Source of the DNA: Thermoproteota archaeon
GTDB taxonomy: Archaea > Asgardarchaeota > Jordiarchaeia > Jordiarchaeales > Freyrarchaeaceae
Length of the DNA: 40,812 nt
Assembly: GCA_029258835.1 (NCBI GenBank)
Contig: JAPDJY010000002.1
Span: 1-40,812 of the forward strand
Reading direction: 5' to 3'
The translations under genes were made by a program, and so were the position numbers. Positions 1 through 9,275 of the stretch are shown piece after piece. The notes beneath the pieces are model-generated. The model saw only the letters and a program-made list of their open reading frames with translations. It was not told the origin of the DNA and searched no databases. Numbering within the stretch: position 1 is the stretch's first letter; every line of letters begins with the position of its first letter.

Positions 1-3000
1 CTGGGCTCGACGCCGACGACGGCGAGCTCCTCCCTGAGAAGCCTCTCCACCACGGCGTCCCTGGTGAGGGGCTTGCCCACCTCGACCGGCATCCCCTTGC
101 TTATCCTTTCTATGAGCTGGTCTATCCTCCTGATTACCGGCGGTATCCTAGCCCTCTGGATGTAAACGTAGGAGGCGAAGCCAGCAGCCGGAACAGTCAA
201 AGCCAACACCAACACCACAAAGAACGTGAGTGGAATTCTAACTCCGGGTATTGGTGCTGATTTTTCTCTGATTGCGAGGAAAACGTATGTGGTTTTTTCC
301 TCGTAGTTTTCAGCTTCTATTGTGAGGGGTAGTGGGAATGTTGCCTGTATTCCTGCTGTTGGTAGGGTTAGTATGTATGTTCCTGGTGATATTTCGATCA
401 TTTTTATTCCTGCTAGGGTTACGTTGGCTGACACTGGGTTTCCAAGGTCGTCTGTGAGTGTTACTACTAATGGGATGAACCATAGGCTGTTTTCAACATC
501 CATTGCTTGCCCGGCGAGGATGTTTTTCTCGTTAACCATTAGGAATGGCATGTAGATGGTGACTGGTATTGGGGACACGGTTAGGGCTTTGCTTACGGTG
601 ATTACTTGGTAGTTTGCCTTTGATACTACTATTTGCAAGGTGTATGTTCCTGGCTCGATGTCACCTGTGTATATGGAGGCAACGTATACTCCAGGGTTGT
701 TGGGGTCTTCCTCGAAGCTTCCTGTTACGTTTGTCCCGACTATGCGCCATGTTACTACGGCTTCTTTGATGAGGTTTCCATCGCTTCTCTTAAAGGTTAA
801 AGTGAGGGAGATGTTTCTACCCCAAACTCCAATGAAGTTTGTCTCTGATGCGACTGAGGCCGTGGTCGGGACAGGGTTTACTGTGAGAAGTATTGAAGCG
901 TTAACAGCCGTGTAGTTTTCGGCCTTAAAGCTAACTTGAATCAGGTATGTTCCCACTGTGAACTTCTCTAGGTCGTCGGCTGTGATATAGTATCTGTTGT
1001 CTGTCCCGTTGTAGCTCATTACACCTTTAATTCCTCCTGGCGAAGCGGAGAATGAAACGGTTAGTCCATCCCCATGGAGGGGGGTGTTGCTCAGCGTGTC
1101 GTTAACGTAGACTGACACTGAGAAGGCTGGGGTTTCATTCCATGTGACAGACATAACGGAGGTGTAAATGATGGATACAGGTCTCTTCAGCACGTCCAGC
1201 GTCACCGTTATCGGCGTCGGGTAAGCGTACTCTGTTGTATCACTTGGTTTCCCATAGATGGTTAACGTGTAGCGTTTTCCTCCATTGAGGTACTTCATCA
1301 TGTTTTTAAGGTAGCAGTAGAACTGGCTTGAACTACTGTCGCTCACGTTCTTGGTCATGTCTATCGTAGCGATGTACACGCCGTCTTCGTCTGTAATGTT
1401 AAACCGGATCCAGTCGGCGGCTACACCACTGCCACCAGACATAAGGCGCACATATAGTGAATCGTTTTCACCCCAGTACGTCGATATTAGAGACGTATTG
1501 TCCAGTTCTATCTCGGTGGTGTAGAGGGTTATTGAGCGGTTCAGCTTGACGCGAATGTACCTTTGCTTTTCCATAGGTATCTCGTCCCAGTAGGTGCTAG
1601 CGTTCAGATCCCACATGGTTCTGTTCTCATCATCATAGTCGGGTGTTGAAACCGTTATGTTGACCTTAGCAGTTCCTGAGGAGGAGGCCGCGTAAACGTA
1701 TAATGTTACCGATGCAGAGTACGGGTCTAGTTGCTGGTCGGTTATGTTATAGCTTAACAAGTCTGAGGGTGATGTGTAGTTTACTGTGACATTCGCGTTC
1801 TGCACCGGCGTTCCCTTCTTGTCGTACACCTCGATGTATAGCTTCGTTATGTTAAGGTTGAACGTCAACGGATTGTCCCCGTGAACCCAGTTAACAGGGT
1901 CGGACGAGTAATTTCTGTATGACGTTTGCAGGGTGACATTTACGGTGTATGTTCCAGTGTGCGGGAGAAGAAACTTAGCCGTTCCTTGCTGATCCGTTAG
2001 AGCAGACGACGCCAAGCTTGAACTGTTATAAACCGTCACGTTGACGTCCTTAAGAACATTACCATAATAATCCTTAACAGTGACTACCAGTGCCGAGTCC
2101 TCCGCGCTTGAAACGGTGACTGACGGGGGGCTCCTCATCCCCTCAGCAAACTTCTGGAAGGCGTCGTATCCGTCAAATCCATTGAAAACGTAGAATCCTG
2201 TTTTCTCGTAGAACCAGCTGCCATCGTGAACCTGATAGTTTGAGCCACTATGCCACCGTCTAACCCACCTCTCAAATTTGTTATTAGCGATCCACCATAC
2301 GTTATAGTACCAGTTTGGCGGGGAGAAGTCGCTTGAGTGGGTTGGAGGAACCACGTCGAAGCTTCCTGCTGCGAGCCCGTTTGAAGAGTTGTCGAAGAAG
2401 CAGATCCATTCAGTTCCATATATATTTGTAATTCCGGACCATGAGCTTGAACCAGTTGCTGATAGGTCTTCCTCGTGCACCCCTGAGGAGTCCTTGTAAA
2501 TGAACCATCTCATTGTTTGCTTGTTGAAGTCTATTCCGTCACCTCTGTAGACGTTAATAGTATATTCTCCATTGAAGGTGGTGTTTGCTTCGCAGATCCA
2601 CCCCCACCTGAAGAACCGGTATGTTAGTTTTGTTGTTCCAAAGTTGTCGTCGGGTGTTCCCATGTATGCTAGAGTTGTGTATGTTATGAATAGGGGGCCT
2701 TCTTCAATTACTGATGGCTGCTCTGCTGCGTACGTCTCGGATGTTGAGTGGTCGATGCTGTCGAATACGTCCGGCGTAAACTGGAAGCCACTGTGTCCGA
2801 ACGAGGTTGTACTGTAAGCTGCACTCCCCCAGTGGTCGTCTGGATCTACGAGAAGGTTCCAGCTATCTTCAATTTTCCCTCCACGTGACCCAGATGAGGC
2901 TGAGGCGTTGTAAAGGTCGCTTTGGAAGACGTATGTCGTCCAAGTCGGCCTTATGAGGCTTATTTGGGGGGTGAAGGAGACTGTTCCGCTTGCACTATCA

Positions 3001-3467
3001 TTATAGTATATGTAATATGTTGTTGATGGGGAGGATACGTTCACGTAGAATGTTAAAATTAGACTCTTGTAGTATGGTGTTCCCTCGTAGTATGTTTCGT
3101 TCCAAACTTGGTACGGTAGGCTTTCAATGGGGAGCCAGTTTGAGCCATCCCAGTACTGAACTCTAATGCTTCCATTATAGCATTCTCCATTGTTAAACGT
3201 TAGGTAAACATCTACCGGTATGTTGACGTAGTCGCTGAACTCGTAGGATGCATTAACCGTGAACGTTATGTTTCTCCTGTACCTGAAGGTGTAGTTCCAC
3301 CAAGGAGGGTTAAATTGCTTCACCATTGAGGAGGAGACGTCGCTAGCAGGAAGGTAAAGTAATGGTGCTGGTTGAAGCGTAATGTAGGATGCTGCTATGA
3401 CGAGTAACGGAATGAAGATTAATGTTACCATTAGAAGGGTTAGAGGCCTTCGATGCTTAAAACCCAT
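1..3467 (-). CDS. Large (>1155 aa, runs off window) secreted, membrane-anchored surface glycoprotein: DUF2341-like N-terminus, Ig-like repeats, C-terminal TM helix and cytoplasmic tail
   Basis: Not in ORF track because no stop in window. ATG at 3467 after GAGGTGG SD gives MGFKHRRPLTLLMVTLIFIPLLVIAASY (signal/anchor), then PPWWNYTFRYRRNITF. Many NxS/T sequons and repeated PGxYxLxI...NY beta units. TM IPLTFFVVLVLALTVPAAGFASYVYI is followed by RARIPPVIRRIDQLIERISKG. Same frame confirmed at 3467, 2459 and 299 (spot checks, not every codon). Confidence 0.85.
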   Translation of the reverse strand, partial: MGFKHRRPLTLLMVTLIFIPLLVIAASYITLQPAPLLYLPASDVSSSMVKQFNPPWWNYTFRYRRNITFTVNASYEFSDYVNIPVDVYLTFNNGECYNGSIRVQYWDGSNWLPIESLPYQVWNETYYEGTPYYKSLILTFYVNVSSPSTTYYIYYNDSASGTVSFTPQISLIRPTWTTYVFQSDLYNASASSGSRGGKIEDSWNLLVDPDDHWGSAAYSTTSFGHSGFQFTPDVFDSIDHSTSETYAAEQPSVIEEGPLFITYTTLAYMGTPDDNFGTTKLTYRFFRWGWICEANTTFNGEYTINVYRGDGIDFNKQTMRWFIYKDSSGVHEEDLSATGSSSWSGITNIYGTEWICFFDNSSNGLAAGSFDVVPPTHSSDFSPPNWYYNVWWIANNKFERWVRRWHSGSNYQVHDGSWFYEKTGFYVFNGFDGYDAFQKFAEGMRSPPSVTVSSAEDSALVVTVKDYYGNVLKDVNVTVYNSSSLASSALTDQQGTAKFLLPHTGTYTVNVTLQTSYRNYSSDPVNWVHGDNPLTFNLNITKLYIEVYDKKGTPVQNANVTVNYTSPSDLLSYNITDQQLDPYSASVTLYVYAASSSGTAKVNITVSTPDYDDENRTMWDLNASTYWDEIPMEKQRYIRVKLNRSITLYTTEIELDNTSLISTYWGENDSLYVRLMSGGSGVAADWIRFNITDEDGVYIATIDMTKNVSDSSSSQFYCYLKNMMKYLNGGKRYTLTIYGKPSDTTEYAYPTPITVTLDVLKRPVSIIYTSVMSVTWNETPAFSVSVYVNDTLSNTPLHGDGLTVSFSASPGGIKGVMSYNGTDNRYYITADDLEKFTVGTYLIQVSFKAENYTAVNASILLTVNPVPTTASVASETNFIGVWGRNISLTLTFKRSDGNLIKEAVVTWRIVGTNVTGSFEEDPNNPGVYVASIYTGDIEPGTYTLQIVVSKANYQVITVSKALTVSPIPVTIYMPFLMVNEKNILAGQAMDVENSLWFIPLVVTLTDDLGNPVSANVTLAGIKMIEISPGTYILTLPTAGIQATFPLPLTIEAENYEEKTTYVFLAIREKSAPIPGVRIPLTFFVVLVLALTVPAAGFASYVYIQRARIPPVIRRIDQLIERISKGMPVEVGKPLTRDAVVERLLREELAVVGVEP

Positions 3468-3635
3468 TAATTTCCACCTCACACACTGGGGGTTCAAGAT
3501 CGACGCCGCCGGAATCCTACAAACTCATCCTCTACACCAGAGCCATAATTTGAGAGATAAAATAGATTAAAATATTATATTATTTTTGTGGAAAATGCTC
3601 TCATTTCTGGATAGTTCTCGAAAGAAGAGGATACC

Positions 3636-3783
3636 AGGCGAGAGGAGGCAACGTGTTATTTTTGTTATTTTAGGCACATCACCAAGCATGTTAAAATCTA
3701 GTTCATCGGCTACTGGTTCACGACGATGAGCCGGGGGATTTCGCTGAGTGCTGTTTTGGCGGGGAGCCTTATTTTCTTCTTTT
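3636..3783 (+). repeat. Degenerate copy of the 3' end of the MNT gene plus downstream spacer (partner at 5113-5250)
   Basis: aggcgagaggaggca...ttattttaggcacatcaccaagcatgttaaaatctagttcatcggc vs aggcgaggaggaggcagagtggtattttaagcacattaccaagtacgttaaaatctaggttcatcagc. Confidence 0.8.
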
Positions 3784-3803
3784 TCTGCTTGTATTAGGGG
3801 GTT

Positions 3804-4079
3804 TTGATGGGTTCATTTAATGCGGCGAGGTTTGAGGTTATAGAGCTTGTCAGGAGGGAGCTCGAGAGGGCTCTGCCATTAAAGGAGGTGGCAACGAAAG
3901 AAGACATAAAACTGGTAATTGAAACGATGAACAAGCACTTCAAGGACGTGAACAGGATGTTTGAGGATGTCAATGGGAGGTTTAAGGACTTTATGGGTCT
4001 TTGCACTCGTACTTTTATTCTTGGGGCTATGATTTCGCTGTTCACCATTCGTTGTAAGGTGCTGATAGCGTTAAAATAG
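3804..4079 (+). CDS. Small coiled-coil protein with hydrophobic C-terminus (DUF1640/CCDC90-like), possibly degenerate
   Basis: VATKEDIK motif followed by heptads MNKHFKDVNRMFEDVNGRFKD and a hydrophobic tail. Confidence 0.55.
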   Translation: MMGSFNAARFEVIELVRRELERALPLKEVATKEDIKLVIETMNKHFKDVNRMFEDVNGRFKDFMGLCTRTFILGAMISLFTIRCKVLIALK

Positions 4080-4458
4080 TCTGATGGATGGCTTCTGAAA
4101 GGGTGTCCTTAGTTCTTAGCTTTTAACTCTGCAGAGTTGTTTAGGGAGTTATGGGGTTGAGGTGAGGGTTTTTGAGAAGTTAAACTTCTTTTAGGGGACG
4201 TTGCCAGTTATTTTTTCACCTTTAAGGGGGTTTGAGGGGGCTGAGCAGATAGTTAAGTTTTTATCTCTTTTAGGTTGCTTCATCCTCTGCTCTTTTCTCT
4301 TAGTGATTTTGTTTGTCCTTTTTTCCATGGCTGGGTTTAACGGTGTGTTGGCGTGTGGTGTTGTTGCTGAGGGTGGTTTTTCCCCATGTTTTCCATAAGA
4401 AATAAATTTCTTTTCGGGTGTTTCTTAAACGGGTATTGGGTTTAGCGGGTAGGTTTTA

Positions 4459-4878
4459 TTGAGTCATATGCGGGAGGTTGAATTGCTTAAGAAGCGGTCA
4501 GGGATAATGCTTGAGGAGGCTGGGGAGGAGTTATCTAAGGGACATTACGACCTGGCGGTGTTTCTCGCTGAGCAGGCGGTGCAACTGTTTTTGAAGGCTG
4601 TCATACTGAGTGAGACGGGAACCATGCCTAGGACGCATAGAAGGGATTTAGCTGGTGCTCTAAGGGTTATCTACCCTGACAAGGCGAGGGAGGTTGACGT
4701 GTTTGTCAGGCAGAATCATGGTCTTTTCATTAGGCTGGAGGAGGCGTACGTATCCTCTCGGTATCTTTTTAGGGAGTATACTAGGGAGGAGGCGGAGGAG
4801 CTTGTAAAGTTCGCTGGGGAGGTGGTAGAGTTTGTTAGAGGTGTTGAGGTATCGGGTGGGGCAGGCGAGACTTCTTAA
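4459..4878 (+). CDS. HEPN-domain protein (HEPN-MNT toxin-antitoxin pair)
   Basis: YDLAVFLAEQAVQLFLKA, PRTH, AYVSSRY motifs; overlaps MNT gene. Confidence 0.9.
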   Translation: MSHMREVELLKKRSGIMLEEAGEELSKGHYDLAVFLAEQAVQLFLKAVILSETGTMPRTHRRDLAGALRVIYPDKAREVDVFVRQNHGLFIRLEEAYVSSRYLFREYTREEAEELVKFAGEVVEFVRGVEVSGGAGETS

Positions 4879-5170
4879 GGAGTGGAGGAAGTGGGGTGAG
4901 AGGATAGCGGCAGCGGAGAAGGTGCTTGGAGAGTGCGACGTGTTCGTATTTGGTAGCGTCGTTGAAGGGGAAAGTACTGGTGGAAGCGACGTGGATGTTC
5001 TGATAGTTAGCCGTAATCTGCCGGAGGACAGGAGGGAGAGAGCTAAGGTGATAGTGAGGATTGAGGAGGAGGCGGGGTTGCCGCTTTACCACCCTTACGA
5101 GGTTCATCTAGTAGGCGAGGAGGAGGCAGAGTGGTATTTTAAGCACATTACCAAGTACGTTAAAATCTAG
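4832..5170 (+). CDS. Minimal nucleotidyltransferase (MNT)
   Basis: VFVFGSVVEGESTGGSDVDVLIV (GS...DxD motif). Confidence 0.9.
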   Translation: MLEVLRYRVGQARLLKEWRKWGERIAAAEKVLGECDVFVFGSVVEGESTGGSDVDVLIVSRNLPEDRRERAKVIVRIEEEAGLPLYHPYEVHLVGEEEAEWYFKHITKYVKI

Positions 5171-5321
5171 GTTCATCAGCTTACCCGGCCCACAACGCCG
5201 AACCAGAAGATTTCGTTTGAATGAGTTTTCTGGAACGGGGATGCTCATTTCTCGCTGTTCACCATCGTTGTAAGCGTGCTGACAGCGTTAAAGTAGTTTG
5301 AGACCCTTGTTTTAACTATGT

Positions 5322-5550
5322 GTTTCGGAGTTGATAGTCGTTCATGGGCTTTTGCCTCCACTCCTTCGTGCTCTGTCGGGGTAGAGCCGCTTCCAACCCC
5401 TCACCCCTCATCCTTCATTACACGCCTTCGGGAGCTCTTAACGCCCTACATCTGAAGCTTCTTAAGCGTGTTTAGACATGCAGCCTTACCCCCTGATCTC
5501 CAAACCGCAGCTTCTACAGGATAGGGTTCGCCCCTGCTAGGGTTTAAAGT
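5322..5550 (-). mobile_element. tnpB: Remnant of IS200/IS605-family tnpB 3' end and right end (may extend, heavily decayed, to ~6010)
   Basis: With frameshifts the minus strand reads LNPSRGRTLSCRSCGLEI..AACLNTLKKLQM (second Zn-finger half and RuvC-III region). Terminal CCCATGAACGACTATCAACTCCGAAAC resembles the ends of the 18.5 kb and 36.8 kb elements. Confidence 0.65.
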
Positions 5551-6097
5551 GGCGTTCATTTTTTTGCTTAAGTAGCCTAACCGTTGAAGGTAGCCGTTTA
5601 ATAGTGTTGGGTGCTTAGAGAATGGGTAACGCTACCTGACTCTTTGAAATCTTACGCTTTAATGGGTACTGCCTCTGTGTTTCAGTCGTGGAGTTTTCGT
5701 TTCTCCTTTCCACTGCCTCCAACTCGTGTCCTTAAGCGTGCACTTCTCTTTCCACCTTATCAGCCTTTAAAAAGTTTAATGGAGAGGGGGTCTGGCGGGC
5801 ATTAAAGGTGTTTGAGGTTTCCCGAGGCCACATAGGGTTCTTTCATGGATGTTTGTGGATTGATTGCGGAGCTTTAATTCACTTTTCTTGCCTCCGCTGC
5901 TTCTTGCCTCTGCTGCCGCCCTCTGCGGGTGCTTGCGTATGGATGGTTAGCGTTTAGCTTGCTTAAAGGTTTAGTTTTAAGCTGACTGCTTCATTTACCG
6001 GTTAGGGTTGGCATGGCCTCTAGTTCTAATTGCTTCTCCACCCATGAGGTGTCTCGAAAAAATGGTTGTGGGGGTTGGAGGGTGGGTTACCGCTTGC

Positions 6098-6637
6098 TTA
6101 CGTCTGCTCTATTATGAACTCGCAGAATTCGTCTCCATTGGCTATACATTTTGTTTCTTCTGAGGTGAACGTTGAGGGTTTTCCCTCTTTTTCGGCGAAG
6201 TAGTTTAATATTCCTTCCACGACGTATCCGTAGGGGCATACTGGGCGTGGCTCTAACCCTTTTGCTTTAAGGTAGTTGCCTACGTCCTCCCCGTAAAGTG
6301 ATGAGTACATTCTAAAGGAGACCCTTGATTCGCTAAAGTCTACGAGTTCTGCCCTCCCACTACCCATGATGGATAAAAGGTTTAAGAAGTATTCTACTAC
6401 CCCCTTAGCTCCAAGTTTCTCGCGGCTTTCCGCCAGCGCCCGGCCATACCTTGCAAAGCCACGTCTGTAAACTGTTTGTATGACGCCGCCAAATTTTTCT
6501 AAGGGAACGGCCATTAGTGCAACTGAAAGAAGAACCGTGGGGGTGAAAACAAGTCTTTCGTCGTCGTAAATTAGGGAGCCATCTTCTTTTATTTCTAGAG
6601 AGTTAAAGAATTCTTTAACTTTGTCTGGAATGCTCAT
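6098..6637 (-). CDS. V4R (4-vinyl reductase) domain protein
   Basis: GSGRAEL, PVCPYGYVVEG, EETKCIANGDEFCEFII. ATG at 6637 overlaps the upstream stop (ATGA) and follows GGAGGAGG. Confidence 0.85.
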   Translation of the reverse strand: MSIPDKVKEFFNSLEIKEDGSLIYDDERLVFTPTVLLSVALMAVPLEKFGGVIQTVYRRGFARYGRALAESREKLGAKGVVEYFLNLLSIMGSGRAELVDFSESRVSFRMYSSLYGEDVGNYLKAKGLEPRPVCPYGYVVEGILNYFAEKEGKPSTFTSEETKCIANGDEFCEFIIEQT

Positions 6638-7230
6638 TCCTCCTCCCCTCCTATATACCATTCGCAGTAATCGTCGCCGAGAGCCAAGCACTTAACTTCC
6701 TTGTACACCAGTTTCGGGGGTTGCCGTCCGCTTCTCTCAATGGCTGCTCTAACCGCACCTATCCAGTTTGGCCCCCAAGGGCACTCGTAGAAGGGGAACT
6801 TTGCCGTGAGGTCTTTCACGTTTTCCCTAAGCCAAGATGCGAAGTATGAATTATGCATTCTCACTACGACTTCTGGCTTCTCCAGGTCGGTTTTGACTGC
6901 TTCGGTGAGCCCCCAGCCTCTCGGGTCGTTGAAGTCGGCGTATGCTTCGATGACTTTCTCCGGTGGTGCCCCCCTGTCCATTAACTGGTTTGCAACGGTG
7001 TAGCCTGAAATGTCTATGAATGGCCAGAGCATGGTCTTAACCGTCGCACCCAAGACGTTTAAGATCTCCTCGAATACGAGCATCATCATGCTTTGAGGAA
7101 CGAACACGTATCTTACACCGTTCAGGAAGAACCTCCACTTCTCGTCAACCTTAACTTCGTCCAGAATGGATTTTAAGCCGGCTTTCAATGCTTCTAAGGA
7201 TACTTTCTTAGAGCTAGGATGATTGACCAA
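6634..7230 (-). CDS. V4R domain protein
   Basis: RGWGLTE, VVRMHNSYFA, EVKCLALGDDYCEWYI. TTG start at 7230 inferred from SD (ORF extends to 7245). Confidence 0.85.
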   Translation of the reverse strand: MVNHPSSKKVSLEALKAGLKSILDEVKVDEKWRFFLNGVRYVFVPQSMMMLVFEEILNVLGATVKTMLWPFIDISGYTVANQLMDRGAPPEKVIEAYADFNDPRGWGLTEAVKTDLEKPEVVVRMHNSYFASWLRENVKDLTAKFPFYECPWGPNWIGAVRAAIERSGRQPPKLVYKEVKCLALGDDYCEWYIGGEEE

Positions 7231-7734
7231 TACACATCCCCTCAAATACTTATCTCAAAGTGTCCTAAAGGAACATGATCACATTTCAAAAAATTTTTTC
7301 TATTAGACTAATAAGTGTTGAGAAGAATTGAAGAGAAGGAAACCAAAAAGCAGGGTGAGAGGTTTCGTGGACGGCGGTGCGCTTACGTTTTAAACGGCTA
7401 AGGGTACTTTCTTAATATGGTTGATTTAACGGTGGAGGAGCATGGATTTGACTGTTAGAGGGGGCTATGTTTGGCCTGCACCATAACAATGGTGAACCTT
7501 TAGGAGAAGTTCTCTAATGGGCATAGTTGTTAATTCAGACGTTGAAACACCGGTCTGAATACCACTTACACGTACACTAGAAAATTTAAAGGATAAGTGC
7601 TTCGAAAAACGTTTGCATATTACTTACTTCATTCCTCTAGCTTCGGATGGTTGTTTAAACGTTGGTGGGAGAGAAAACTAAAAGAAGGGAGTTCCCATAT
7701 AGAGTATTTTCAGGTTGGGAAGGGGTGCTTAAAA

Positions 7735-8379
7735 TTGGACGATAAGGTCATTAACATTGGCATTCTGGTTTCTGGTAGAGGCTCTAACATGGAGGCGATC
7801 ATCAGAAAGATTGAGGAGGGTTACATTAAGAATGCTAGGGTTGCCGTTGTCATAAGCAGCAGAAAGGATGCCCCCGCCCTCGAGAAGGCAAGGGCTCACG
7901 GAGTGGAAGCACTATTTATCGACCCAAAGGAATTCTGGAAGGATACGGAGAGAAAAGAGGAGTTAAGAGTTGAGTATGATAAAAAGGTGATAGCCGAGCT
8001 GGAGAAGAGAAACGTTGACTTGGTTCTCCTAGCAGGGTACATGCTTAAGCTCAGCCCATACTTCGTGAGGAAGTATAAGGGGAGAATCATGAACATTCAC
8101 CCTTCTCTCCTCCCGGCTTTCCCGGGGTTGAACGCTCAGAGGCAGGCTTTGGAGTACGGCGTTAAGCTTACCGGGTGCACGGTTCACTTCGTGGATGAAG
8201 AGGTGGACCATGGACCGATAATCCTTCAGGCAACGGTGCCAGTTTACGACGACGACACGGTGGAGACACTCTCACAAAGGATACTTGAGAAGGAGCATGA
8301 AATATACCCTGAAGCAGTTAAGCTGTATGTTGAAGGAAAACTCAAAGTAGAAGGGCGAAGGGTGAGGATTCTTAACTAG
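7735..8379 (+). CDS. purN: Phosphoribosylglycinamide formyltransferase
   Basis: ILVSGRGSNMEAI, LAGYM, NIHPSLLPAFPG, GCTVHFVDEEVDHGPII. TTG start at 7735 inferred (ORF from 7597). Confidence 0.96.
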   Translation: MDDKVINIGILVSGRGSNMEAIIRKIEEGYIKNARVAVVISSRKDAPALEKARAHGVEALFIDPKEFWKDTERKEELRVEYDKKVIAELEKRNVDLVLLAGYMLKLSPYFVRKYKGRIMNIHPSLLPAFPGLNAQRQALEYGVKLTGCTVHFVDEEVDHGPIILQATVPVYDDDTVETLSQRILEKEHEIYPEAVKLYVEGKLKVEGRRVRILN

Positions 8380-8408
8380 AGGTGGTGTGAAGCTGCATCC
8401 TAGAGGGG

Positions 8409-8999
8409 TTAAATGAAGATGACTTTTCCATTTTTCATGTATAGTCTTTTTAATCCATATTTCTCTCCAAGCTTCATTAAAGCTATTGTTAGTGGCTTAG
8501 AGGTCCCTGACAGGTCGATGACGAACTCTTTCACATAAATACCTTCTACCACCAGCCTTTCAATTTCTAAAAAGGCCTTTTCAGGATCAGAGTTTACCGT
8601 AAGGAGGATTGCACCCATCTCCTCAACGATTCTCTTTAACTTTTCCACTCTTTCAGGGCTAACTAAGTAAACGAAGCCTTTAGGCGTAATATTTGCCTTC
8701 GCAGCAACTTCCTTAGCCATGTCAAGATCCTTCTCTTCCGAGGCTGCCGCTATGAGCGTCACGTCCACTCTGATCCCGAACTTGTCCCGGAAGTACTGAA
8801 CTCTCTCTGGACGTAACCTGTAGCCTTTCTCTGTTGCTTCAACTATGTTTTCTTTCTTCAGCACTCGTAAATGGAAGTCTAGGGTTGTTACTGGAAGCCT
8901 TACGAGTAAATCTCTGAAGGATATCTCTCCTGTTTCCAGAAGTATGCGTATGATTTTCCCTCTTATTCCATGTTTCGCCTCTTTATCTAGTATTAGCAA
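8409..8999 (-). CDS. ArsR-like wHTH fused to a C-terminal CARF-like Rossmann domain; putative regulator
   Basis: N-terminal HGIRGKIIRIL...ISFRDL...TLDFHLRVLKKENIV...GYRL; C-terminal VIDLSGTSKPLTIALMKLG...LYM resembles the CARF D-x-[ST]-G-G-x-K motif. Confidence 0.65.
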   Translation of the reverse strand: MLILDKEAKHGIRGKIIRILLETGEISFRDLLVRLPVTTLDFHLRVLKKENIVEATEKGYRLRPERVQYFRDKFGIRVDVTLIAAASEEKDLDMAKEVAAKANITPKGFVYLVSPERVEKLKRIVEEMGAILLTVNSDPEKAFLEIERLVVEGIYVKEFVIDLSGTSKPLTIALMKLGEKYGLKRLYMKNGKVIFI

Positions 9000-9275
9000 T
9001 TGTCAGCCTCCTCATGCCACGTCCATGACTACTACTTAAATTGCAAGATTTATAAGGTTTTCTTTTCAAAATGAAAAATATTTTCTTAAAATTGTTTTAC
9101 AGTGTAAATTTTTATCAAAAACCGGCAAACAGGAAAGAATTCGCAAGAAACATCGATAAAAATTTTCCATTTATTAATCGTTAGAACAAAGAAAGTAAAC
9201 TTACAGTTAACCTTCTTAAAGGAGAGAAAGCAATGGAAGAATGTAAACCACTAGCCAGTTGAAACTTAATGATAT

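Noticed and set aside
322-2817. Short ORFs 322-555, 640-915, 2135-2419, 2572-2817
   Set aside because: Antisense or off-frame shadows of the large minus-strand surface-protein gene.
1-3467. Diversity-generating retroelement target
   Set aside because: No reverse transcriptase and no TR/VR repeat pair seen in the window.
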